A DNA stretch of 63,500 bases, the filler included, from Craspedostauros australis (lineage: Eukaryota), in NCBI GenBank assembly GCA_030167865.1. It is 11 parts of 11 records of this genome, joined end to end, with 100 filler letters (N's around TTAATTAATTAA, not from the genome) between each part and the next. Parts side by side here need not be neighbours in the genome. Positions count along the whole stretch, not along the records: positions 4,208 to 15,267 come from JALAGF010001562.1; positions 15,368 to 19,663 come from JALAGF010001564.1; positions 19,764 to 48,977 come from JALAGF010001565.1; 8 more parts are not named here. One strand, written 5' to 3'. A program made the position numbers and the translations under genes. Shown one piece after another: positions 11,790-24,100 of this stretch; the stretch's first letter is position 1; each line of letters opens with the position of its first letter. The notes below the pieces were generated by a model that was not told the DNA's origin, did not search any database, and saw only the letters and a list, made by a program, of their open reading frames with translations.

Positions 11790-12510
11790 TGAGCATCCGC
11801 ATGACGGTGGTCGGCCTCATCTTCAATGAGCGAACGAGGATGGCGCGGGAAGCCTGTTCGGTTGCCTTCCTCGGATTGCAGCCTACCCATACATGTACAG
11901 GACCATGCACGTCGTGATGCACAGGTACACGAGTACTTCCATCTGCCACAGTGGCAACAACCTCGACCGCTTTCTCGTCGGCAGACAGTACATTTTCTTG
12001 TCAGTCTTTGCGTTCAATCAGTGCGGTACGCCCATCGACTCTCTGATCATCGAGTATCGCAGTTCAGATCTGCTCACGTCTCAGCTCATCACCACGATCA
12101 GGACGGTCCAATGCACTGCGCTGCATGCTGGACGACGCCAACAGCCGCTTCACGATGCACGGTCACGCAGCGGCTCTTGTTTGGAGTCGCATCGGTATGG
12201 CTTGCTGACATACGCATACGCATTCGCCGTCGCGCTCAATGCGCTCTTTGATGGCAAGGACATCAAGTGGGATGGAGCAATATCATCAAGGCCGACGGTG
12301 GCATAGACGACAACGCGGAAGCCGACAGCAGCATTCTACATTCATACATCATACGGAGCAATGCATCAGCAGTGGCAGAAACAGAATTGAAGCACGCGCG
12401 TCTCTTCTGCACAATGATCAATGACGTGGTGGACGCAGGGGACCGCGCCAAGCAAAACGGAAGACGGGCTGCAGGCATCTGCTGATCACGGCCAACTATT
12501 CTGGGAATGA
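11790..12510 (+). pseudogene. SIT: Degenerate silicon transporter (SIT) pseudogene
   Basis: Fragments in correct SIT order: VVGLIFNERT, then LGLQP/YRTMH, then HSGNNLDRFLVGRQ..VFAFNQCGTP (GXQ motif at 11980-11988), LTSQL, GLL, and FAVALNALFDGKDIKWDG. Frameshifts and internal deletions are evident. Confidence 0.75.
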
Positions 12511-12885
12511 ACAAGGGTATTGGATCTGCCAGTGGAGTATGTAAGTTGATTGGCTCCCAATATGGATGCAACCTGCAACACCAACATCGCACCGTGTTGT
12601 CAGTAATCCTGCAGGTGGTTGGATCATGAACATACGACCGCCGTTCTTTGCGTCAACTCATGATATGCAGTGTTTGATGGACTATGTTCACGTCTATTGT
12701 GTTATCTGCATGTCAATGTATATTCTGCAATGTGTAAATCGTACTTGTATCATGGGTTTGGACTCATCGGTCTCTCCCCCTTCTCTCTCGCTCTCTTTGT
12801 CTCTCTCTCTCTCTCTCTCTCTCTGCTCCATTTCGCAGCGGCGATCCATCCGTCATCTATTATATAGTACGAGTGCGATGACTCT

Positions 12886-15051
12886 CTAATAGAACTTGGT
12901 GGACTTGTGCGTGAGAATGCCGAGGGCCGACAGACGGAACAGCACAAAGAGTGCAAGGAGGACCAGCCAGTACCAGTACGTGTCATCCTCCTCGGCATCC
13001 ATGCTGCTGATCACTCTCTCGCACTTCTCGGCTGGATCGCACGATGCGAATTCTTCCAACACCATCAAGCGAAGCGCGTAAGTCAAGGAGCAAAGGTACT
13101 GCGCCCATCTCAACCACGATGGAATGAGATCAGTGGCCACGAAGAATCCTGCGAACAGCATCTGCGGGACGAAGAGCATGGGCAGCAGTTCCGTTGCCGT
13201 CTTCGGATCTTCCACCGCTGCTCCCAACGCAACGGCCAGCGCGGCGGACACCATGGCCAAGGCGTAGTTGATGAGGAGGAACCATCCGAAGCTCATCTGG
13301 AAGTCGATCATGTAGAAGGTGATGATGGACAGGCAGAAGATCTGGCCCAAGGTCAGGACGGCCTCGACTGTGAGACGGGACAGGAAATAGGCGAAGATGT
13401 TGTAATGGTTGGTGGAGTATTCGCGCAGGAAGACTGGGCGTTGGGAAGGGAACTGGAGCAGCGCATCGTCAGCCGTGCCAAACATGGCCATGAGCAGGAC
13501 GACGATGAGGGCGCCCCAACGACTTTGCACGTTTGTTTGCTTGGAAGGATCCTCCGCGCCGACATCCCAGAAGATGACGCCGATGAGGATGCCCAGAAAG
13601 ATGGTGAGACCGTATCGTGTTCCCACAGCTCCGACGTCGCGCTTCAGGTTGATGAACTCGCGACCGAACAGAAGGCGGAGCTGCGTGAGGATGCCGACCT
13701 GGCGCGCATCGAACTTGTCATCGTCCATTCCGGTGGAATGATTGGTGATACCAAGGGCGTCGCGGCCAGTCTCATTGAGTCCATCCAACGGCGGTGCCAT
13801 GTCGCGCTCGTCGGTGGGGAAGAATCCATCCTTCTCCAGCTGCTTGATGTCCTTGGCCTGGGCCACCGCCATGATGTGGTCGGACACGTTGTAGTACTGC
13901 GGGACTGGGCTGTTGCGTTCCGCGAAGTGCTGTGGGATTGCATCAACGGCTCCCTGGTACATGACGCGCCCCTTGTTCATGAGGATGAGGTGGTCGAAAG
14001 AGTTGAATATCTCGCTGGATGGCTGGTGGATGGTAAAGAGGACACTGGCGCCAGCGTTGGCGACCTTCTTCAGCACCTGGCACAGCTGGACGGCAGAGAA
14101 GCTGTCCAATCCAGATGTCGGCTCGTCCAAGAAGACAAGAGCTGGCTTGGTGACCAGCTCCACTCCCACGGATGTTCGCTTGCGCTGTCCGCCGCTGATG
14201 CCCTTGATGAGCGGTCCTCCGACGATGGTGTCGGCGCAATCCATCAAACCGAGCTCGGCGAGCATGCGGGTGGTCAGCATCTCGATTTCCTCGTCGGTGG
14301 TGGATCGTGGAAGACGCAGCTTGGCGGAGAAGCGGATGGCCTCGCGTGGAGTCGATGTGACTGGGAGGGAATCATCCTGCGCCACGAAGGCGATCTGCTG
14401 ACGTACGTTGATATCGGTAGGGTCGACGGTGTAGTTGTTGAGACGGACGTCAGCATCGATGGTGATCGCGCCTCCAGTGGCGGCTCTTCCGGCCAGGATG
14501 TTGAGGAGGGACGTCTTGCCGGCTCCACTGTTGGTCGTTGGGGTGATAGATGTGAATGGATAGATGTGGGTGGATAGATGTGAATGGATAGAGTGGAATG
14601 GGTGGAGGTTGAGAAATGTGCTTCGGTATGTTGATGCAGATTACGCGGTCAGTACAGCGTGGAATTACACGATTGCAAACATCCCAACAGAGCAACGATA
14701 TCAATGCAATCGATTCATCAGAAACCCGCTTTTCATACAATCGTACCTTGGTCCCATGATGGCTGTGGTTTGCTTGACTGGGACTTCTCCCCACACCTTC
14801 TCGAGAAGCATGCGATCGTCCTTGCCATCCTTGCCTGCCAAGGTCATGTCGACATTGGTCCATGTGAGCGTCTTGCCGTCACGTTCCGCGAATGGATCAC
14901 CGCGAATGGACATCGCAGACGCGGTGGTTTGGGCATCGTTGGAGTTGTCATGAGATAGCTTGTGGTTTGTGGCGTCGTCATTCACGCCAATTTCAACGTC
15001 CTGCATGGTTGCAGCGTCGGTGTCGATGTTGATGTCGTTGATGGTTGTCAT
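12886..15051 (-). CDS. ABCG (White-family) half transporter; exons 15051-14747 and 14527-12886
   Basis: Splicing intron 14746-14528 (GT...CAG) rebuilds Walker A MGPSGAGKTS. Also signature ISGGQRKR, Walker B VFLDEPTSGLDS, the TIHQPS H-loop and a C-terminal ABC2 membrane domain. Confidence 0.95.
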
Positions 15052-15367
15052 GTTGATTGAATGGTACGAGGATTGATTATGTCGTTGCTGTTCTTGGTTT
15101 GTATGCGGTGGTGGCTGCGTTCGTTAGTGTTGTTGCTGTTGTTGTTTATGACGGTAGGAATGATGAAGGTGACGATGACGTTGTTGTTTTGGATGAGTTG
15201 GTTTTATGAGAGGCTGTTGGTTTGCTGTTCCTTGCGATTTGATTTTGTGAGGAGAGTTGGGAGATCTNNNNNNNNNNNNNNNNNNNNNNNNNNNNNNNNN
15301 NNNNNNNNNNNTTAATTAATTAANNNNNNNNNNNNNNNNNNNNNNNNNNNNNNNNNNNNNNNNNNNN

Positions 15368-18300
15368 TGCTGTTCGCGTTCGTCGGTGGTGGGGTGATTG
15401 TTTTGTTTGTCGCGTTTTTGTTGATCGTGGTTTCCGGGGTACTAGTGTTCGTGGGCTTCGGTTTCGTGCGTTGGTAGGACGCGGACATGTACTGCTTCAC
15501 TTGCATTGGGTTTACGTGCACCTGTGCATACCAGTCAGTCTTCATTTCGGTCGTCTCCATGCACCGCCTGTATGCCTCGTACTCGGTTGGTCTGTTCTTC
15601 GGGTCCGCGCGTGCCACTCTGCACACTTCCTCCAACACTTCCACCAGGTATGGGCGAATGGGCTCGTTGCATCGCAGGGCTTTCACAGCCCAACCAGGCT
15701 CAGCCAATCGTGGGTGTTCTGTTGCTGCTGTGGTGTCCTGCAGCACACTACTTACGTCAGGCGTCTCCAAGGCTGCCATGTTGATCGCTTCGAGGTACGT
15801 CAGCGCCTTGCTTTTGGTGGCACTCTTCGCGAACCTGAGGGTCTTTTTCTGCTTCCGCGGTGATATTGCTGTGAGTGGTTGTTGCGTCGATTGGTGTTCG
15901 TTGATGATGGGAACCTCGAAATTCATGACATCATAGTCTTCCCATTCCGCTTCCTCCACACGCACTGGATCAGTGACATTTGAAGCTGCAAGTAAGTCTG
16001 TGTAGCCGTTTCCGTGTTGCACCTCGTGCGTTGATCGTACATTCATGCCCTTCGCGCGGAACCTGTTGTGCGGATTTGTTTTGTGCATCACACAGCGACC
16101 TTCCAAACCTGATGCATCAACCAAGACGGTGGTAGTGCCTCTGATATTTCCCATTCGCATCGCGTCGAAGATTTCGTGTTCGGTTTGAATTTTGCCACCG
16201 CTTTGCACGTAGGATCGTAGTACGATAGTGATGTAGGCAAAGTGAGTGTCGATTCGCCCTTTGCCTGTTTGGGCTTCTGTGTAGATCCAAACAACAAATT
16301 GGGGAAGTCCGTTGCGTGACGCATTCTTGTTGATCCGCGATGAGACGAGCGCGATGTGCTCGTGGCTGGCGAAGCAGCCCGCGTTGTCTGACCGCAGGAT
16401 GATTTCTGTGACCGATGGTAGGAGATCGTGTACCTTCTTCTGGATGATTTTGAGAAGCCCACCAACTTGAAGTGTGTCTTGGGTTGGCCGGCCATGAACA
16501 ATTATGTCAACAAAGCGATATGTGAATTCGTCATCTTTGCAGGTGACAATCATAACACCAAGGAGCGACATGCCCTTCTTGCCCCAGTACTCTGTCTGTG
16601 ATTCTCCTTGTGCCGTCGGCAGAATCTTCTGCTTATGGCCGATGACAACGTAGGCGCACTTGTCATTGTTGTTGAGCTTGGCCTTGTACTTGTTCATCTG
16701 CTTGAATTGGACCTTTGCTCTCACTTGGTGTGCCATGTACACAGTGATCTCGTTGTTGAAGCCCGGTACTGTCTCCAGCATACCGTCTAATTCATCCGCG
16801 TGGTCGCATAGATGATTGGCCTTGAGCGTCTCGATGAATGGGGCGATGCGAGCATCCATGAATCGCATTGCTTCTCCACATCTGTCGCATACCTTGCCTT
16901 GTTGATCGTGAACGATGGGAGAAAGGGCGTTGACGTCACACTCTGTGGTTGCTGTGGGAGGATGAATGACCATGCATGCTGTATCGGTGTTGGCAGGCGC
17001 TGTTGTGTTTTCGGTGCTGAGCGTAGACTTAGCCTGTCACGTTTTTGAATCCTTGCGAAGGGCGAAATGAGGGCAGTGCATGGGGTCTTCTTTGCACTTG
17101 ATCTGCATGTGCAAAGCAGTATACTCCCACTTGAGGAATGTGATCATAAGGTCTAGATCATGCACCAACATCTCACAGGTTTGAATATGCTCAACTGTGA
17201 CATCGTCATGTCCGTCATCACTGTTGAATGAATCCTTGAGTAGAGCATTCAAGCGCACAAGCATCTCCTTCAACGTCTTCGTTGCCATCCAGAAGTAGTT
17301 TTCGAAAGAGGAGAGGCCAGAAATCACTTTGCCTCTGCGTGTGAGCAGGCCTGTCATTGCTCGGAATGCAGGTTCGCCGACTGGGTTGTTCGTCGCAGTC
17401 TTGTACATTGCGAACAACTCGTCTACGCTCGTCTCACCACATTCGAATACCGTCACATTTTCAAATATCACCCCTCCCCACTTGATGTTGTGACAAAGTC
17501 CTGCCTTGTATGTGGTAGTGTTGCTGATGAAGGACACCATGCCAGCCAAGCTGTATGCGCTGATGCGATAGTTGTAGACAGCAGCACCAAGCACATTGCC
17601 CTCGCTCAACAGCTTGTAGTAGTTGCGCAGAGTGAGGAGCTGGCCCTGTGTGATGGCGTATTGCTGTGGCAAGAGACCGAGATGCTGAACATCTGGAAGT
17701 TCACTCTTGTACTGGGTGAGGAGGTTTGTGCACTGGCGTGGCGAAGCGGACATGGCGAGAATGCACCTTGCTGTACGTGCGATGTTCTTCTCACCGACGA
17801 GGCAAATCGTGTAGAGGTTGGGAGCCAGCTTGACTGGCGGCAAGTCCACTCCAGCGCGCACGAATGCCACCACTTGCTCCATCTGCGGAACTGGCAAGGT
17901 CATGGCTGGGATCAGCGCTTTCCACAGCACATTGGAGGCCACCGCAAAGATCTTCTTCACTTTGCTCCACACTTGCCTGTCGGAATTGCGCCCCAATACA
18001 AATCCGCAACGAGGAAAGGCAGCAAGAACAGAAGCGAGGTTCTTCACTCCAAGCTCCCGCAAAACCTTGTGCATGGCTTCAAATGCATCTGCCTTGTCCT
18101 TGCTGTGTTTGTTTTGGAATCTTCCGCTGCTTGATTTCCTGGCTATGGTTCTGTTGTGTCCCTTGTGGCAGTAGGTTTCGTCGTCTCCAGCACCGCGGCG
18201 TTGGATGCGCTCGCCTTTCTTTTCTGGTTGGATGGCTGGTGCGGAAGGTGGTGTCAGAGTCGGGACGCAGACAGAGATATGCACTTTTGTATTCGCATCG

Positions 18301-18701
18301 ACGCCATGTCCAAAGGCCTGCACAGTGACCTTGGAGGTATCAAGAATCATGCCGTTGTCAGTGGTGATGTGCACGCGAACGAAGAGCTTCTCGTTGGTTG
18401 CATTGAGTGTGCAAACCTGTTCGTTGTTGGTGAGGATCTCCACATCACACTCGTTGTCGAAGGTCGCGCCTTTGAGTGCAGGAGGCAACAGCTTGTTTGT
18501 TGTAGGTGGTGGAATGTGTTGCTTACCACCCATACCCAATGGAGGCAGAAGCTTCTCACCAGTAGATGGTGCAAACAGTTCCTTGCGATTGATTGGATCC
18601 GATGGAAACGGGCGCACGGATGGAGAGGATGGCAAGCGTTGCTTCTTGGAGGGAGAAGGATTGGCGTCCTTCGATGCAGCTTTCGTGGTAGAGACGGGCA
18701 T
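15368..18701 (-). pseudogene. Sola3-like DDD transposase (~1100 codons) with a single in-frame TGA at 17039-17037
   Basis: The 594-aa and 553-aa ORFs share one frame and are separated only by TGA plus 21 sense codons. Motifs: (D>G)HKQKILP..GESQTEYWGKKGMS, LRSDNAGCF, TEAQTGKGRIDTHF and C-terminal PGWAVK...MQVKQYMS. Confidence 0.75.
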
Positions 18702-19277
18702 GATGCTGATTGGTACTGAAGGGTGGATGGAGATGAGTAGTATTGATGGAAGCGAACTGAGCAAGAGGAGGGTAAGAGAGCGACTATACAAACGCTGATG
18801 AGCATGTATCAAACACAGCACACTACCACGAAAAGCAAAACTTAATTTGGTGGCAAAATGTGAGGAGATTTGTGACGTGTGACGAGGGTCAAATTTGAAT
18901 CGTATTGATAACGTCTACTAACGGTTATTTATTTCAAAAACGTGTTCGGACAGGTTGAACAATGACGTCGCTGAAATGTCAAATTCCGTACGCAACCCGT
19001 CAAAAAAAGTTCTTTCCCGAACGTGTCTGCGCACATTGCGTTGTTTGCATCGGAAAAGCTAATCAATGCCTTGTGATCATCACGGAGCAGCGTGCATATT
19101 CGACCAAGTGGACCGTAAATCTACAAACGTCGATAAAACTTAAATTAAGACATTAAAGCAAAATCGGCGTCCACAGTGCATCTTATATTTTTATCTAGTT
19201 TATGAATATGTGGGTGGCTTTGTCGAAAGCCCCGTATGTTGCCACCATCCCAGGACGGACTGCAGGTCCCGTCACTC
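15368..19277 (-). mobile_element. Sola3-like DNA transposon (one end present; other end lost at contig break)
   Basis: Carries a transposase frame plus a ~410-bp terminal region beginning GAGTGACGGGACC on the minus strand at 19277. Similarity to copies at 60072 and 62414 stops essentially at that GAG. Confidence 0.75.
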
Positions 19278-21075
19278 AAGCATCTTATAAGATGCTTGGT
19301 GGACCCCGATTTTGCTACAAGGCCTTAGTTTAATTTTTATGAGCCACCCGAGTGAGTCGACCAACACTTTGAAATGGACATTCTAACTTTTCATCTGCGA
19401 TATCCAAACCAAGCACATATACGTAATCCCTATAATCTGATTATACATAATTAACCGTTACATTTTTTGTTAGATCCTTATTTTAAGTTTTATGGAGTGA
19501 TCTATGTATGTATAGCAGTCACGTTGGTCCAACAGCACAAAACTCGTTGTTGTTGGCAGAAGGTTCTATCATGTTCTCGTGTATTTATCGTGAGGTGATC
19601 AGTCACGGACTTGCTTCCGAAGGTGTCAGTCGTTTGGTACGCGTTAATTACACGTTAGCATGTNNNNNNNNNNNNNNNNNNNNNNNNNNNNNNNNNNNNN
19701 NNNNNNNTTAATTAATTAANNNNNNNNNNNNNNNNNNNNNNNNNNNNNNNNNNNNNNNNNNNNGCGCATTTCCAACGGTGTGGACAGTCTGCTACAGTTG
19801 CTGGGGTTGGTGTCGCGGCTGTGTCAGGTGATGGAGAAGGAGCAGAAGCAGCAGCAACAGTAGCGGTGGCGGTTGGAGCGTGATTTGTCGCCGTCCAAGC
19901 CTTGCCATGTTGGATGGGATACTTCAAGGATCAGTCGTAGCATGTAGCATTGCCACGGCGCGAACAATCGACTAGGAGCGATGTTGGACGGGATGGTCGC
20001 AAACGCGGAGATCAAGATGAATAGGATTGGAGTCAAGCCAGGATATTTGTTGGGAATAAGATGTGCGTTACAGCTGTCTCTTTCTCTTGTTTGATGATGC
20101 CAGGAACGCGGACATTCAACGATCTAATGTCTGCATTCGACTTGCACTCTTTGAGCCAGCATGCAGAGGCAAGGGACTACTCTCGTCTCTCTAGACTGTT
20201 TGCGCTTCCCTCCGAAAGATGGGCAACAATCTCGCACAAGAACGCGACACCCCCACCAACACTCTCTCTCGCGAACACGGAAACCCAAAAAATGACAACA
20301 AGGACGAAGTTCGCCGTTTTGTGGGAGGAAATATGGATGTGCGACATCGTGACTCGAGTTCCATTTAACGCATCGAAAGATGAGACAGACAAATGGGACA
20401 CCATTAGATTCCATTTCCATTCGTTTTATTCCCGAACGACCGAACACTTGTGATTGCGACTCGTGGAAGGAACATACAAGCGCACCAACAACGCAGCCCC
20501 CGCTCTGTGCAGTGTGCACGCAACAACGATTGACAGAAGTGGCGGCGCGATACTTCCAAGACAGACGCAAACACACACAGACAAACAGAGAGAGAGAGGG
20601 AAAACAACGAAAATCCGCGGAGATAGAGCAAAAGGCGCGAGTGAGGCGAGGAACACCACAGGAACCCGGCAAGGACGGGAACACAACAGCAACATCATCA
20701 CTTCTCCCGGGATTCCGTTTGGGTTTGTGCCCCACGTCGGAGTTGACGCCCCCATCTCATCCCGATTCACTTCATCTCCTCTCCTCCTTGCATCCGCATT
20801 TGCATTGTTTGGGTTCTTGGGCAACAACCATTCGCAGATCAGCAATCGCAATAGCATCAGCGTTTGGAACAGGGAAGGCAACAAGCCATCCAGTTATAAT
20901 TTGATGGTCAATCGCACGATCGCATTGATCGACGTCGGAGACTGCGACCATCCACGAAGAGTTTGGCTCTGCATCCGCGTTCATAATCGCCACCATCGCC
21001 CTTGGGTCCACCGGTGAGAGAGAGTGAAGAGACCAGCAGCTGAGCGCAATTGGGTACTCTATTATACTCCACCAG

Positions 21076-21103
21076 ACAACAACAACAACAACAACAACAA
21101 CAA
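21076..21103. repeat. (CAA)n microsatellite upstream of the 1123-aa ORF
   Basis: Directly visible. Confidence 0.85.
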
Positions 21104-21141
21104 GAATAGGAACAGGAAGCGAAAGAACGAAGTGAAGCAAG

Positions 21142-24100
21142 ATGGCAAGCAAGACAAACAGCCGGCTTCCGCCAAGCGGTACCCGCTCCAAGGCGCATGC
21201 ACCAGCAACTCCGCAGACCCCGTCCAGACGTCGCGTATCCGGCAGTCTGTCCAACCGATTCGCCATGTTCGAGAAGATGGGCAACTCCCCCACTCCCACG
21301 CAGCCCTCCACTGCGATGAGCGCTCCCGTCGGTGGGCCCAACACCAGAAGCAAGTTCGGTCCTGGCCCCAAGACGCCGGTGCCTTCCTCCGTCTCCTCCA
21401 AGAGCGAGTTCGTTTCTCCCCTCTACGGCACCAAGTCGCCCTCCTTCCGCAAGCTGCAGAATCAGCACCAGCCACAGCAACAACAACAGCAGCAACTGAA
21501 GCAACGGCACTCCATGTCAAGGTCCATCGCCGCCATCCCCACTCCGCCGGTGTCTGCCAAGTCGTCGCGTCCATCCCTCGGCGCCCACTTCCTCAAGTCG
21601 TCACAGACCAAACGCGCAAGCCTCAGCAGGAGCGGCAGCAGAAGCGGCAACAGCTTCCACGGAGACGGCGACAATGACGCGGACGGCGACGCCTCCACCG
21701 TCTTCACGACGCAAACGCGTCAGGAGAGTCGCCAGAAGCTTGCTCAGTCCCTGCAGGCGATGGAACGCATGGCGGCAGCCCTGCAGGATCGCAAGAAGGA
21801 GGCGGTGGACATGTTTGACAATAACAACAACAGCAGCCACGCATCGGCGTCGTCTCTCATGCTCGACAGCAACGACGGCAATCAGGTCGTGCTCATTGGT
21901 CAGCCCGACATTGCGGCAACTTCACCGTCCCACAATTTCGCGAGCAGCGGCACTCGTCGCAGCATCACCATGAACAACAGCATGAACAGCAGCGGCCATG
22001 CCCCCAAGCAACCTCCGCCAAGTCGGCGACCGTCGTCCGTGACGCCAACGAGACAGCGATCGACCATGCACAAACGCAACTCCTCCATCACTCTGCCCGG
22101 TCCACCGCTCTCCCTCAACGACGAGACCACGCTCACCAAGGTGCAGACGCTCATGGCCAAGATGCAGGCCAGCCAGTCCAAGATACAGATGGGCGGCGAG
22201 AGCTCATCTCAGCTTTCCATGCGCAAGTACAGCGCGCACGATGACGCGAAGGTCGACGATCAAAGCGATGACACGTCCACGCGCAGCCCGCGTCCGCCCA
22301 CCAACGCGGCAGATGCAACCCGCAGCAATCGATCGCTCACTGATCTCCTCCAGCTGTCCAGCCACTCCGTCCAGAGCTTCGCAACTCCATCCAACGGAAA
22401 CAACAAGAAGATCAGCCTCGACACGCATTTCATGAAGCAAAATATCAACAGGCTCGACTTGGCCAACAGCAACGACGACGACGACGATTCCTGCAACGTC
22501 ACCGTCATCACGAGAGAAGATATCAAGACGGAAATGTCGCGCGTCCAAGACGAGATGGAGGAACTGCAGCGCATGATCGAACGAGCGCAATCGCAGCAGG
22601 ATTCTGTCCGGGATTTTGCTGAATTTCTCGCCATGCGTGATAGCCTAGAGGACGAAAACGACAATAATAACAACGTGAGCACGCTATCCTTTGATGGTTT
22701 CAACGTCGCAAACACTGCCAATGCGGCCGCTCTCGCAACAGCAGATCAGCAGGAATACATTGAGGAAATCATTGAGGATGACGACGACGATGATGCATAC
22801 ACGGAAGAGATTGTTGAAGATGATGATCGCCACGATACCATTACGGAAGAAGATGAGCAGTCCAACCTTCAACGCGACGGCGTGGCGAAAGCAGCTTCGC
22901 CGGTACAATCACCAAAGGTTCCAGTGCCAGTGCCATCCACTGTTAAGGTCACCAACGCGGAACCCGTTGTCAAGCAGAACCACAAAAATCAACAGCAGCA
23001 GAAGGACACACACAAAGCTGGATCAATGGGTGCAACAAAGCGAAACAGCGAAAAGAAATCCGCGCCACCATCACCATCCAAGGCCAGCTCCAAGCCTCGA
23101 CCCAATTACAAAATCACGCGCAAATCGCAAAACAAAAATTCAAATTTCTTGTCGGATAGCTCGAGTTACCTCGACCAGCTGCAGGAACGGTACTACAAGC
23201 CCCTCCCTGCCACATTCGCTCGCAACGCACCCGATTACAGCCATCTCAAGCCGGTGCCAGGTTCTTACATCTACCCGCGCGACATTTACTTCGAAAGATG
23301 CGAACAGACCGGTCTTCCGATGACGGAGGAGGATGGAACGCCAACTCCTGCCAGCGCCGAAGCGAGAGCAGCCGCGAAATTGCACAGAGAACGCACGCGC
23401 TCCATGACCAGCTTCTTTGCCACAATGCCACACTCCGATGACAAGTTCAAATTGAGCAAAAAGAAGGGGAGCCTGCACAAATCCAAATCGCGCAGCAGTG
23501 GCAAAAAGAAGAAAAAGAGCAAGGGCAAGACCAAGAACGGCGTTCATGAATATTCCTTCGGCAAGGTCAACGATCGTCACGTGTGGGCGGCCACGACGAT
23601 TCAGGCGACGATGCGCCGCGTGCTGGTTGCGGCGTGGCGCCAGCGGCATCACAAGATCCACTCCTACATTCTCCGTACTTACAAGGAGTTCCGCAAATCG
23701 CAACGTCAAAAGGAATCCATCATGACTCAGACCAGGCTGGAGCAGGCGCAGATCAAGCAAGACATTCTCAAGGAGCACAACAAGAAGATGAAGAAGTATC
23801 TCCGGGCTCAGCGCGACATCAATAAGGCCAAGAACGCTGCCGAAACCACCATTCAGAAACTCAAGGACGACAACAAGAAGTTGCGCGCCAAACGCACCAA
23901 GCTGCGTGAGAAGATCGGCATCATCACGGCCGAGAACGAGTCTTGCGAACGTGCCAACACGAAGATCCAGGGGCACATCAAGGAGCTCAAGTCCTTCATG
24001 ATCAAGCTCGAGGAGGATCACGTCAAGCTCACAAAGTCCATCGAACGATGGAAGTCGGAGATCCTGCCCCAGCACAAGGAACAGCTGCAGGAGGAAATCC

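Noticed and set aside
12907..14577. 556-aa plus-strand ORF, and similar long antisense ORFs over the GT, FadE, nuclease and coiled-coil genes
   Set aside because: Antisense shadows of GC3-rich genes with no motifs.
14545..14600. 14-bp tandem repeat (ggatagatgtgaat-like)
   Set aside because: An ordinary low-complexity tract inside the ABCG intron.
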